Assembly: GCA_965242965.1 (NCBI GenBank)
Contig: OZ251518.1
Span: 256,001 to 320,000, forward strand
Reading direction: 5' to 3'
DNA: 64,000 nt
DNA from: Candidatus Poribacteria bacterium
GTDB taxonomy: Bacteria; Poribacteria; WGA-4E; WGA-3G
How positions within the stretch are numbered: position 1 is the stretch's first letter; every line of letters begins with the position of its first letter. The notes beneath the pieces are model-generated. The model saw only the letters and a list, made by a program, of their open reading frames with translations. It did no database searches and was not told where the DNA came from. Positions 30,743 to 40,110 of this stretch are shown here, one piece after another. The position numbers were made by a program, and so were the translations under genes.

Positions 30743-32317
30743 ATGAGTGAAAACAAAAACAGCAGTCTCAATCTGCTATTCGGCATTGTCATCGCTATTG
30801 TCGCCGGCGCGCTTATCGGTGGCATTTTTCCCGATTTCGCGGGGCATACCTCTATTCTCGGCGAAATCTTTTTGAATCTGCTGAAGATGATCGTGATTCC
30901 GCTTGTCATGCTCTCCATGATAGTCGGCATCACGAACCTCGGCGATATTCGCCACCTTGGTTCCATTGGCGGCAGGACCGTGCTTTACTACACGGCGACG
31001 ACAGGACTCGCTGTCCTCGTCGGCATCATCCTCGTCAACGTGGTCCTCCCGGGAAAAGGGCTCTCCAAAGGTGAAGAACTCCCTAACTTGCGCTATACCC
31101 TCAGCGGTGAGGAGATGCGGAACGTCGCATTAGATGGGAGATTCGAGAAAACCTATAACGACAAATATGTCATTACCCTGAAGGACCAGAATGTGAAAGG
31201 TGAGGTGGCATCTATCTCGGATACGGCGGTTACGGTAAAATCGTGGACGCTGCTGGACGAAGGCGTTACCTACGTGCCAACTACCACCGAGGAACGCTTG
31301 CTGTTCGTTGATGGCAAACTTGACAAACTGACACTCAACGCCACGGGACAAGGCATCGAAGTCTCTCTCCCGATTGCAGGAACTGTGGCCAAAAAGGACA
31401 AAAGCGTTGGCCAAACGCTCAAGGAGGTTGTCCTCGGCAACCATGAAACCGGCAAGGAGGGTATGATTCCGGAGAACGTCTTCAAGGCGATGGCGAACAT
31501 GGATATCCTGCCGCTCATCTTTTTCTCGCTGCTTATCGGTGCGGCGATATCCGTGCTAGGTGAACGTGGCAAACCCGTTGTCGCCGTGATTTCGGGGCTC
31601 AACGATGCCGTGATGCAACTCGTTCACTGGATTATGTATATCGCGCCGATCGGCATTTTCGGCTTAATTGCTGGCCGCATTGGGGAAGCGAAAGGGTTCG
31701 CCGGTTTCTGGCCCGAGCTCGTCGCGGTAGGCAAATACAGTTTCACGGTGGTATTAGGGCTTGGGGTTCACGGTGCTGTAGTGTTACCGCTCCTGCTCCT
31801 GCTGCTGGGCCGCCGGAACCCGCTGAGCTATGTGAAAGGCATGGCAACCGCCTTGCTCAATGCGTTTTCCACAGCAAGTTCCAGTGCTACCCTGCCGATT
31901 ACGATGGACCAGGTTGAAAAGAATAATGGGATTTCAAGCCGCACCTCTAGTTTTGTCATTCCACTCGGCGCGACGATTAACATGGATGGCACGGCGCTTT
32001 ACGAAGCAGTGGCTGTGATGTTTATTGCGCAAGTGTATGGGATTACGATGGATCCAGCGCAACAACTCGTTGTCGTTCTTACGGCGACACTCGCCGCCAT
32101 CGGTGCCGCTGGCATTCCGGAGGCGGGGCTTGTCACCATGGTCATCGTGCTCAGGGCGGTGGATTTGCCGATTGAGGGTATCACGCTGATTCTGTCTGTC
32201 GATTGGCTGCTTGACCGGTTTCGCACCACTGTCAACGTCTGGGGCGATAGCGTCGGTGCCGGTGTGATTGAAACGTATGAAAACAGAGGGGCAGCCGAAT
32301 CGCCTTCCTCAGCGTAG
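30743..32317 (+). CDS. Dicarboxylate/amino acid:cation symporter (DAACS/GltP family) with an enlarged loop
   Basis: GEIFLNLLKMIVIPL, AFSTASSSATLP, GATINMDGTALY, GAAGIP and DRFRTTVNVWGD. Confidence 0.92.
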   Translation: MSENKNSSLNLLFGIVIAIVAGALIGGIFPDFAGHTSILGEIFLNLLKMIVIPLVMLSMIVGITNLGDIRHLGSIGGRTVLYYTATTGLAVLVGIILVNVVLPGKGLSKGEELPNLRYTLSGEEMRNVALDGRFEKTYNDKYVITLKDQNVKGEVASISDTAVTVKSWTLLDEGVTYVPTTTEERLLFVDGKLDKLTLNATGQGIEVSLPIAGTVAKKDKSVGQTLKEVVLGNHETGKEGMIPENVFKAMANMDILPLIFFSLLIGAAISVLGERGKPVVAVISGLNDAVMQLVHWIMYIAPIGIFGLIAGRIGEAKGFAGFWPELVAVGKYSFTVVLGLGVHGAVVLPLLLLLLGRRNPLSYVKGMATALLNAFSTASSSATLPITMDQVEKNNGISSRTSSFVIPLGATINMDGTALYEAVAVMFIAQVYGITMDPAQQLVVVLTATLAAIGAAGIPEAGLVTMVIVLRAVDLPIEGITLILSVDWLLDRFRTTVNVWGDSVGAGVIETYENRGAAESPSSA

Positions 32318-32325
32318 AGAAAACT

Positions 32326-32600
32326 GTATGGCGAGGGAAACCTGTCTTCGCCATGCAACGCTCGCGGGGGGAACCCGCTCGGATGCGCGTATGGCATCCG
32401 AGGGCCCCGCGCTACGGTAGGAGAGCGGTTGTCTCATCCCTCGTATGGCGAGGGAAACCTGTCTTCGCCATGCAACGATCGCGGGGGAAACCCGCTCGGA
32501 TGCGCGGATGGCATCCGAGGGCCCCCGCGCTACGGTACCTGTAGGGCAAGATCGCCTGATCTTGACCCGTTCGGGAGCGGGCGCTCCCGAACTACAGAGG
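32326..32600. repeat. GTAG-REP cluster with a ~115-bp tandem duplication
   Basis: Two copies of GTATGGCGAGGGAAACCTGTCTTCGCCATGCAACG...GGCCCCCGCGCTACGGTA, plus a hairpin doublet. Confidence 0.8.
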
Positions 32601-32652
32601 GTTATCCCACTCAGACAATGCCGAACAACCGCTAGGAACAACAAAAAAGAAA

Positions 32653-34698
32653 ATGGCTACAGAAAAGAACTCATCCACACAAAATTCGCCAATTACCGGT
32701 GCGACGATTCTCGCCATCATTAGCGTGGTGCTAGCCGCCGGATGGATTGCGTTCGCCTACTACATAGGCGGCAGCACGGATGCAAACGGCAACCGCATCC
32801 TGCTTTTACATCCGATTGTGGCGATGCTGCTCATCTTCCTACTAATTCGCGTTTACCGGTGGGTAGAGATAAAAATCATCGCGACGCTTGAAATCGTGAT
32901 GATAGCCTTATGGCTTTTCGTCACGCTGCTCGGCGTGCTGACACCGTTCATTCTCGGTTTCGGGTTCGCCTATCTGCTGCGGTTTATCTCCAGTGCGATT
33001 CCGTTTAACAAGGCGTATCAACGCCGGCTCGCGATGGTGGCTATTTTGATTATCTGTGGCGGTGTCTTCTTTTGGACAAGTCGCCAGATTGGTAGGCAGG
33101 CGAGCCAGATGAGCAAAGGCTTGCAGCAGTTTTACCATGAATCGGTTCTACCGTTCGTCGTCGGTGAAACGCTGGAGGCACTGGCCATTGAGGCTGAGGC
33201 ATCTGGCGAGAAGACGAAATTCTATCTCGGCACCAACCACGGTGTCTATATTATTGAAGAGGATGTCCGTTCGGGAGTGACAAATGGCGACATCATCGGG
33301 AAACGGGTGCAGGCACTCACCCGCACGGATAAGGGGCTTTATGCAGGAACACCAGATGGGCTCTATCGACTTGAGGTGGGAACAGAGAAGGCAACTTGGG
33401 TGAAAGTTGAAAACATCCAGTTTGCTAATCCATCGGTGCAGGCCATCAGTCCCGGGCGTGATGCATCCAGCCTTTACGTGGGAACAGCCTCCGGACTCTA
33501 CGCCAGTTACGATGCTGGTGAGACGTGGTTTTCTGTTGCGCCTGAAATTTTCGCGAGCCTCGCCATCGTCAGCATCACAAGTGAGGACAACAACATCTAT
33601 GTGGTGGCGAGAGGAGAGGCATCGCAAGCACAGCAGACTGTCCTCTGGATGCAAGCAGGTTCAAACATGGAGTGGCAGGTTCTACCATCGGAAGGGTTAA
33701 CGTTTCAGTCCCTCGCCGTTGGCAACAGCACGCTCTATGCGGGGACAACGAGCGGGGTTTATACCTATGAAGGTGCAGTGGGACAATGGAATGAAGTTCA
33801 AGGCGAGGCGCACCTCCCAACCTCGATTTCGCTGTTAGCGGCTACGTCCTCGCATGTCTACGCGGGCGATAAAACGGTTATCCGACACAGTAGCGACGCT
33901 GGCGATTGGCCGCTCGCTATTGCACATAATGAGGGACGTTTTAACACGCTCAAAGATACAGCGATTGGGAGGCAGGTGCAGAAATACTTAACCGAAAGCA
34001 TCCCGAGTGTGGCACAAGCGGGTGGCACTGCTTTCAAATGGCTATCTGCGTCCGCGGGTTCATTCGCTTCCCAGTTCGGCGGGTTTCTCGCGACGCTCTC
34101 CTTCACGTTCATCGTTTTTGTCTACGCCGGTCAGAAGTTTGAGGACTATATCCGCGGGCTTACATTGCTCATCCCGGCAACGCATCGAGAGCAGGTGAAA
34201 GCGCACCTGCGCGAAATTGATAGGAATATGCAGGCGTATTTAAGGGGGCAAGTCGCCGTTATCGCGATTGTTTCTGTCATTTCAACTATTGCTTATGGGG
34301 TTATTGGCGTGCCGTTCGCGCTCCTGGTCGGCTTGCTGGCGGGGCTCTGCAATGCCATTCCGACATTCGGTCCTTTTATTGGCGGTGCGTTCGCGTTCGT
34401 TGCGATGCTGATGGGGCTCGCCGCTGGTGATTTCAGCATGGGTTTTGACTTCCTCATCCGTTGTTTCGCCGTATTGATTGCCATTTTGGGTATCCAAACT
34501 ATCGATAACTCGCTCATTTCGCCGAAAGTCATGAGCAAGGCTGTTGAGGTAGATGCGTTGCTGATTATGTTCGGTGTGATTGTCGGTGGTTCGCTGCTCG
34601 GTTTTTGGGGTGTATTGCTCGCCATTCCGATTCTTGTCGTGATCAAGTCCGTTATTGCGGTTTCGCAAGGGAAAATCAACACAACGGAAGAAGAATAG
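32653..34698 (+). CDS. AI-2E/PerM family transporter with an inserted beta-propeller-like extracytoplasmic domain
   Basis: LTPFILGFGFAYLL, YLRGQ, AGLCNAIP.FGP, QTIDNSLISPKVM and G..G.LLAIP; internal YLGTNHGVY/LYAGTPDGLY/LYVGTASGLY repeats. Confidence 0.85.
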   Translation: MATEKNSSTQNSPITGATILAIISVVLAAGWIAFAYYIGGSTDANGNRILLLHPIVAMLLIFLLIRVYRWVEIKIIATLEIVMIALWLFVTLLGVLTPFILGFGFAYLLRFISSAIPFNKAYQRRLAMVAILIICGGVFFWTSRQIGRQASQMSKGLQQFYHESVLPFVVGETLEALAIEAEASGEKTKFYLGTNHGVYIIEEDVRSGVTNGDIIGKRVQALTRTDKGLYAGTPDGLYRLEVGTEKATWVKVENIQFANPSVQAISPGRDASSLYVGTASGLYASYDAGETWFSVAPEIFASLAIVSITSEDNNIYVVARGEASQAQQTVLWMQAGSNMEWQVLPSEGLTFQSLAVGNSTLYAGTTSGVYTYEGAVGQWNEVQGEAHLPTSISLLAATSSHVYAGDKTVIRHSSDAGDWPLAIAHNEGRFNTLKDTAIGRQVQKYLTESIPSVAQAGGTAFKWLSASAGSFASQFGGFLATLSFTFIVFVYAGQKFEDYIRGLTLLIPATHREQVKAHLREIDRNMQAYLRGQVAVIAIVSVISTIAYGVIGVPFALLVGLLAGLCNAIPTFGPFIGGAFAFVAMLMGLAAGDFSMGFDFLIRCFAVLIAILGIQTIDNSLISPKVMSKAVEVDALLIMFGVIVGGSLLGFWGVLLAIPILVVIKSVIAVSQGKINTTEEE

Positions 34699-34775
34699 GC
34701 GCGGTTTGAAACCGCGTCGTGCGAAAAGAGATGCAAGTCTTGACAGCATCAATGACGGATTACGGAGAAGAAATC

Positions 34776-36143
34776 ATGAGATCAGAAACATCCGCGAAAC
34801 GCCAAAAAATTGTTGCGATTGTCGGCAGACCGAATGTCGGCAAATCGTCCCTATTCAATCGGATGGCGGCCGTCGCTTCTGGGCGTGGGGCATCGAAAAG
34901 ATTCGCTGTCGTTCACGATACCCCCGGCGTAACCCGCGACCGGAATTACACCGACATTGAATGGGCTGATTGCGGTTTCACCATTGTTGATACCGGTGGG
35001 TTAGACACCGACCCGGGTGATAGGCTCATTGACAGGGTGCAGCTGCAAGTCGATGCTGCTGTAGCGGAAGCGAGTCTCGTGCTTTTCGTTGTCGATGTGC
35101 GTGATGGCATCATGCCGCACGATATGACAGTCGCCAATAAACTGCGTGCGGCGGATAAACCCATCTTCCTCGTCATCAACAAAGTTGACAGCGAACGGTT
35201 TTGGAACGACGCGGCAGAATTCTACGCGCTCGGTTTCGATGAACCGATATTTACCTCGTGTGTGCAGAACGAAGGCATCCAAGAAATTCTGGACCGGGTT
35301 GTCGAAGCACTACCTGAAACGGAGGCAGATGATACCAGTGGGGACAATGCGCAAACCGGGATAAAAATCGCCATCGTTGGTAAGCCGAACGTTGGCAAAT
35401 CGTCGCTGATTAACAACTTGCTCGGCGAAGAACGGATGATTGTGGATAACCGGCCCGGCACCACCCGCGATGCTGTCAACATCCATTTCGTCCACGATAA
35501 CATCGCCTTTGAAATAGTGGACACGGCGGGGATGCGGCGCAAGTCCGCGATTGACGATAAATTGGAATCGGCTACCGTGCAGCGCGCTATTCACAGCATC
35601 CGCCAGAGTGACATCGCTGTCCTCGTGTTAGACGTATCGGAAACGGTGTCGCAGCAGGATAAAGCGATTGCGAATTTCATCGCGCGCCAAGGAAAAGCCT
35701 CCGTGCTCGCTGTCAACAAATGGGATCTAATTGAGAAGGACCACGCTACGCACGGCATGTTTCTGGATATCATTGATGCGCAACTGCCGCAACTCGGCTA
35801 TGTGCCGCGCGTGTTCGTCTCTGCTGTCACGGGGCAGCGGGTTACGAGAATTTTAGACACCGCTCTGGAGGTTTACCGCGAGTATTGCACACGGATTCCG
35901 ACACCGCAGCTCAATACGTTGCTCGTTGAGTTGCGGAACGCGTATCCGCCGCCTCGCGTGAAAGGCACACGTCCTGCACTCAAATATATCACGCAAATTG
36001 AGACGAAGCCGCCGACGTTCCTGATTTTTGGACGGAACACGCACCGTTTGCGTCCGCCGTATGAAGCGTATCTGACGAACGCGCTTCGCAAGGAGTTCGG
36101 TTTCCACGGCACGCCGATCCGGATTTATTATCGCCATTCGTAG
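34776..36143 (+). CDS. der: Ribosome biogenesis GTPase Der (EngA)
   Basis: Two G-domains (GRPNVGKS, DTGG, NKVD; GKPNVGKS, DTAG, NKWD) and a KH-like C-terminus (PPTF...GTPIRI). Confidence 0.96.
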   Translation: MRSETSAKRQKIVAIVGRPNVGKSSLFNRMAAVASGRGASKRFAVVHDTPGVTRDRNYTDIEWADCGFTIVDTGGLDTDPGDRLIDRVQLQVDAAVAEASLVLFVVDVRDGIMPHDMTVANKLRAADKPIFLVINKVDSERFWNDAAEFYALGFDEPIFTSCVQNEGIQEILDRVVEALPETEADDTSGDNAQTGIKIAIVGKPNVGKSSLINNLLGEERMIVDNRPGTTRDAVNIHFVHDNIAFEIVDTAGMRRKSAIDDKLESATVQRAIHSIRQSDIAVLVLDVSETVSQQDKAIANFIARQGKASVLAVNKWDLIEKDHATHGMFLDIIDAQLPQLGYVPRVFVSAVTGQRVTRILDTALEVYREYCTRIPTPQLNTLLVELRNAYPPPRVKGTRPALKYITQIETKPPTFLIFGRNTHRLRPPYEAYLTNALRKEFGFHGTPIRIYYRHS

Positions 36144-36274
36144 TTGCACAATGCATCGGCGATAAATAGCGTGCTTTTGCAGATAGAAAACCTTTTTTGG
36201 AACTTTTTTGGGAGTTCGGTGTATAATCTAATCAGAGCAATTCAGTTTTTGCTGATAAGCGATATTCGCGCCAG

Positions 36275-36506
36275 ATAGGGGACATCCTTGTCGTGATACT
36301 GAGTAGGCGGGACATCCTTGTCCCGATAAAGCCCGGTAGGCGGGACATCCTTGTCCCGATATATCTCCTCGGTAGGCGGGACATCCTTGTCCCGATATGT
36401 TGAAAATCGAGCATCAAGACCGGGAGGTCTCTCCTACTCAAAGAAATCGAGACCGGGAGGTCTCTCCTACGGGGAGAAGGCATCGAGACCAGGAAGGCTC
36501 TCCTAC
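36275..36506. repeat. Tandem REP array: 3-4 forward GTAGGCGGGACATCCTTGTCCCG units, then 3 reverse GTAGGAGAGACC-type units
   Basis: Read directly from the sequence; spacers are about 10 nt. Confidence 0.88.
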
Positions 36507-36592
36507 GGGGGCGCGCTGAATCGCTGTTGCACGAAAAATATCTATTTCGCGAGAAGTCCGTTAGGGCTTTCATGTCTATAGGAGAAATGCAA

Positions 36593-37021
36593 ATGAAGAC
36601 TATATTGAACCGTCACTTGATGCTGCCCAGACTCAATCGGAGTTGGCTCAGCACTCTCAGCCTCGCGGTGTTATGCGCGATGGCATTTACCTTTACCGGT
36701 GCACTCTCCCCGATGATGAACACGGCGACTGCACAGGGTGCCTCGAGCGGCGCAGACCTTGCCCCGGCTCCCTCCAATCCTCCTCCATGCTATAATTCGG
36801 CACTTGCAGCCTTACGCACTGCTCGTGCGAACCATAACAGCGCGGTAGCAGCGCACCGGGAGGCACTCAACGAACTACGGAGGAGCCTGTCGGAAAATCC
36901 GCCAGTTTACCCCTTCGTCCTCTTAGCGGCGATAAATGTAGAGATCGCGAAGAGTAATTTGCAAGCGGCGGTGACTACCTTGAGGCAGGCAAAGGCAGCC
37001 CTCGCGCAATGCATAGGATAG
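36593..37021 (+). CDS. Hypothetical exported helical protein
   Basis: AGGAG RBS; hydrophobic signal-like segment; amphipathic helices bracketed by two Cys. Confidence 0.55.
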   Translation: MKTILNRHLMLPRLNRSWLSTLSLAVLCAMAFTFTGALSPMMNTATAQGASSGADLAPAPSNPPPCYNSALAALRTARANHNSAVAAHREALNELRRSLSENPPVYPFVLLAAINVEIAKSNLQAAVTTLRQAKAALAQCIG

Positions 37022-37203
37022 AGGACGCAATTGCCAACCGCCATGCCGCGACGCGTGGGCAAAACGCTGAAAACGGGTGCTGAATTGAACGGCATGCGTC
37101 CACCGCGGATAACCTCAAAAACGACTGGGTGGCGCGTTACTGAAACGCGTCATCCAGTCCCTATCAAGTTTTCTACCCATGTCTTTCTGTAAAGGAGAAT
37201 CCC

Positions 37204-38184
37204 TTGTCTAAATTCAAAGTTTTTATTACACGTCCTATTCCGCAGCAGATTGTCGCGATGATGGAAGCGGATTGCGAGATAGACATGTGGCATACGAGTG
37301 CCATTCTGCCGCCTATCGCTGAGAAGATCGCGCCGCTTGATGGACTCATGACGTATGGGCACGAACCGGTTTCTGCGGCGATGATTGCCGCCGCCCCCAA
37401 TCTCAAGGCAGTCTCCGTCGTTGGTGTTGGCTATGACCACGTTGATGAGGATGCTTGCCGGGAACGCGGTATCGCGCTAGGGCATACTCCCGGCGTGCTG
37501 AGCGATACTACGGCGGATATGACGATGGCACTCTTGCTGGCGGCTGCTCGGAATATTGTCCCGGCGCACCAACACGTCCAAGTCGCCAGAGAGTGGACAT
37601 ATTACGATCCGAATATTTTGTGGGGGACAGATGTGCATCACACCACGTTAGGCATCGTCGGCATGGGGCGTATCGGTTACGCTGTCGCCAAGCGCGCGTT
37701 AGGGTTTGACATGCGCGTCCTCTACCACAAACGCAACCGCCGCCATGACTGGGAAGAAGAGCTCGGCATTGAATACGCCGAGTTGGAACACCTCCTGCAA
37801 GTCTCTGATTTTGTGACGTTGCACGTTCCCTTGACTGAAGAGACGACGCATCTCATCGGGGAGGCGGAGTTGGCGTTAATGAAACCGACAGCGATTTTAG
37901 TAAACATCGCTCGGGGTCCCGTGGTAGACCACGGTGCGTTATACGAGGCACTCGTATCGGGACAAATAGCAGGTGCCGCGTTGGATGTAACGGAGCCGGA
38001 GCCGATAGACACATCTCATCCGCTTTTGGGTTTAGAGAACGTTCTGATTGCGCCGCATCTCGGCAGTGCGACTGTTCAAACGCGCACGAAAATGGCGACG
38101 ATGGCGATGGAGAATTTGTTGGCGGGGTTGAAGGGTGAGCGTTTGCCGTATGCGGTGCTGCAACCGGGGCATCGTAAAAATTAG
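37204..38184 (+). CDS. D-glycerate dehydrogenase / glyoxylate reductase (D-2-hydroxyacid dehydrogenase family)
   Basis: GVGYDHVD, TPGVL, GIVGMGRIG, NIARG, ALDVTEPEP and PHLGSAT; TTG start after AAGGAG. Confidence 0.9.
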   Translation: MSKFKVFITRPIPQQIVAMMEADCEIDMWHTSAILPPIAEKIAPLDGLMTYGHEPVSAAMIAAAPNLKAVSVVGVGYDHVDEDACRERGIALGHTPGVLSDTTADMTMALLLAAARNIVPAHQHVQVAREWTYYDPNILWGTDVHHTTLGIVGMGRIGYAVAKRALGFDMRVLYHKRNRRHDWEEELGIEYAELEHLLQVSDFVTLHVPLTEETTHLIGEAELALMKPTAILVNIARGPVVDHGALYEALVSGQIAGAALDVTEPEPIDTSHPLLGLENVLIAPHLGSATVQTRTKMATMAMENLLAGLKGERLPYAVLQPGHRKN

Positions 38185-38254
38185 ATTTGCTTTTAACGCG
38201 AGTTGATGTTAAAATTAAACGTTAAGGGCGCGTCAAACGTCTTAAGTTTTAAAT

Positions 38255-38783
38255 GAGGGTGTTTCATAAATCGATGCACACCCGTAGGAGAAACCTCGGG
38301 GCATAATTTCTTTCCGGTAGGAGAGACCTCCTGGTCTCGATGTTCCCGTAGCGCGGGGGCCTGTCCCCCGCGATCGTTGGATTGTGTGAACGATGGCGAG
38401 GGACACCCGCTCGCATGCGCGTGTGGCATGCGAGGGCCTTCGCCCTACGGTGAGGGGGCGTTTTTTTTCGTAGCGCGGGGGCCTGTCCCCCGCGTTGGCC
38501 ATCGTCACAATGTGTGTTTCCCCATCTGTAGTTTGTGCTCGCCTGATCACAAACAGGTCAAGATCGGGCGATCCTGACCTACAGGGGTGAGGAGATCTGG
38601 CAGCAAAACGCTGGCGAGGGACAGGCCCTCGCCCTACGGTGAAGGCGGGCTTTCTGCCGCCGCGTCCCCGGGAGGAGCACCGCCCTATTGCATCGAGACC
38701 GGGAGGTCTCTCCTACCGGGAAAACGGAATCGTTCAGGGTGTCACGAAACCATTTTTACTACAACGAGTTAGGAAAGACTCTC
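38255..38783. mobile_element. TIR-bounded composite REP element (degenerate right end)
   Basis: TTAA-AT-GAGGGTGTTTCATAA ... GGAAAGACTCTC-AAC-TTAA. Confidence 0.65.
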
Positions 38784-38812
38784 AACTTAACCTAAGTAGG
38801 AGGAAATGTAAA

Positions 38813-39073
38813 ATGAAAAAGCCATCGGTGCAAACCGACTCACTTCTCGCTTTGGCTGGAACGCTGGAATGCAATCTCGCCGAAATCGAGCCTGCGCCAG
38901 TGGCGGAAATGCGGAAGATTCCGCCGGACCGGAAAGCCGACACGCATGGCACAAATCACTTTCTATCGCTCTTGGGCACGTTGGAATGTGATGTCACCGA
39001 CATCGGTAAACGCCACGACGACTATATCGGCGACGCGTTAATCGTTGAGTTACGAGGAAATGACGATGACTGA
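38813..39073 (+). CDS. Putative VapB-type antitoxin, copy 1
   Basis: [10 protein letters not shown] motif present twice and C-terminal IGKRHDDYI; overlaps the PIN toxin gene. Confidence 0.7.
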   Translation: MKKPSVQTDSLLALAGTLECNLAEIEPAPVAEMRKIPPDRKADTHGTNHFLSLLGTLECDVTDIGKRHDDYIGDALIVELRGNDDD

Positions 39074-39479
39074 GGTTTTTGCAGATACATCCGGATGGGC
39101 GAGTTCCTTTATCAAGAGTGAATCTGATTATGCGAAAGCCTCGGAATTAATGAGAGGGTGGCAACAGGAAAACCGGCGCGTTGTCACAACGAATTATGTC
39201 CTCAGCGAACTCGTCGTTCTATTCACCCGTTTCCGTTTAGATCGAGAAAGCATTCTTGATTATATCAAGTCTATTCGCTCAAATCCGTTGTTTGAAGTTG
39301 TCCACATAGACAAAGCACTAGATGCAGAAGCTTGGTGGCTGCTTGAAAATCGATTGGATAAAGCGTGGAGCCTTGTCGATGCCGCTAGTTTCGTCGTCAT
39401 GCAAGAACGAGGGATAACCGAGGCTCTGACAACAGATCACCACTTTGAGCAAGCAGAATTTACACGGCTGCTGAAATGA
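39066..39479 (+). CDS. vapC: PIN-domain (VapC) toxin
   Basis: VFADTSGW, TTNYVLSE, DKAWSLVDAASFVVM and ALTTDHHFEQA. Confidence 0.9.
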   Translation: MTEVFADTSGWASSFIKSESDYAKASELMRGWQQENRRVVTTNYVLSELVVLFTRFRLDRESILDYIKSIRSNPLFEVVHIDKALDAEAWWLLENRLDKAWSLVDAASFVVMQERGITEALTTDHHFEQAEFTRLLK

Positions 39480-39532
39480 GATTGGTGCTTGTCTTGTCAA
39501 AATTTCCTTTCAAAATCAGGCGAATTTAACCT

Positions 39533-39797
39533 GAGGGTGTTTCATAACTCCGTTTCGGTAGTTATCCCCCTTGGGGGCTGGCGAATACCGGAAGGCATTG
39601 GGCCCACCTCTGTAGTTCGGGAGCACCCGCTCCCGAACGGGTCAGGATCAGGCGATCCTGACCTATAGGGGTGATGCGGTCTGACACCAAAACGCATGGC
39701 GAGGGACAGGCCCTCGCCCTACGTGAAGGGAAGGCGTTTTTTTCACCGTAGCGCGGGGCCTGTCACCGCGATGTCGAACGAGATATGAAACACTCTC
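39533..39797. mobile_element. TIR-bounded composite REP element
   Basis: TTAA-CCT-GAGGGTGTTTCATAA ... TATGAAACACTCTC-AAC-TTAA. Confidence 0.75.
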
Positions 39798-39826
39798 AAC
39801 TTAACCTAGATAGGAGGCAATATAAA

Positions 39827-40087
39827 ATGAAAAAGCCATCGGTGCAAACCGACTCACTTCTCGCTTTGGCGGGCACGTTGGAATGTGATCTTGCCGCTAT
39901 TGAACCCGCCCCGGTGGCGGAGTTAAGGGGAGTTCCCCAAGATTCGGAACTGGCAAAACATGCCACAACTCCGCTCCTCGCTTTGGCTGGAACGCTGGAA
40001 TGCAATGTTCCGGACTTCGGGAAACGCCATGACGAATACATCGTTGATACGTTAATCGCGGAATTACGCGGAAATGACGATGAATAA
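39827..40087 (+). CDS. Putative VapB-type antitoxin, copy 2 (no cognate toxin downstream)
   Basis: Paralogue of 38813-39073 with the same length and AGGAGG RBS. Confidence 0.68.
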   Translation: MKKPSVQTDSLLALAGTLECDLAAIEPAPVAELRGVPQDSELAKHATTPLLALAGTLECNVPDFGKRHDEYIVDTLIAELRGNDDE

Positions 40088-40110
40088 AGCCGCCGGAGGA
40101 AAACTCTAGA

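Noticed and set aside
36275-36506. Regularly spaced ~25-bp repeats resembling a CRISPR array
   Set aside because: Spacers are only about 10 nt, the repeat type and orientation switch midway, the same units are dispersed elsewhere as REPs, and there are no cas genes
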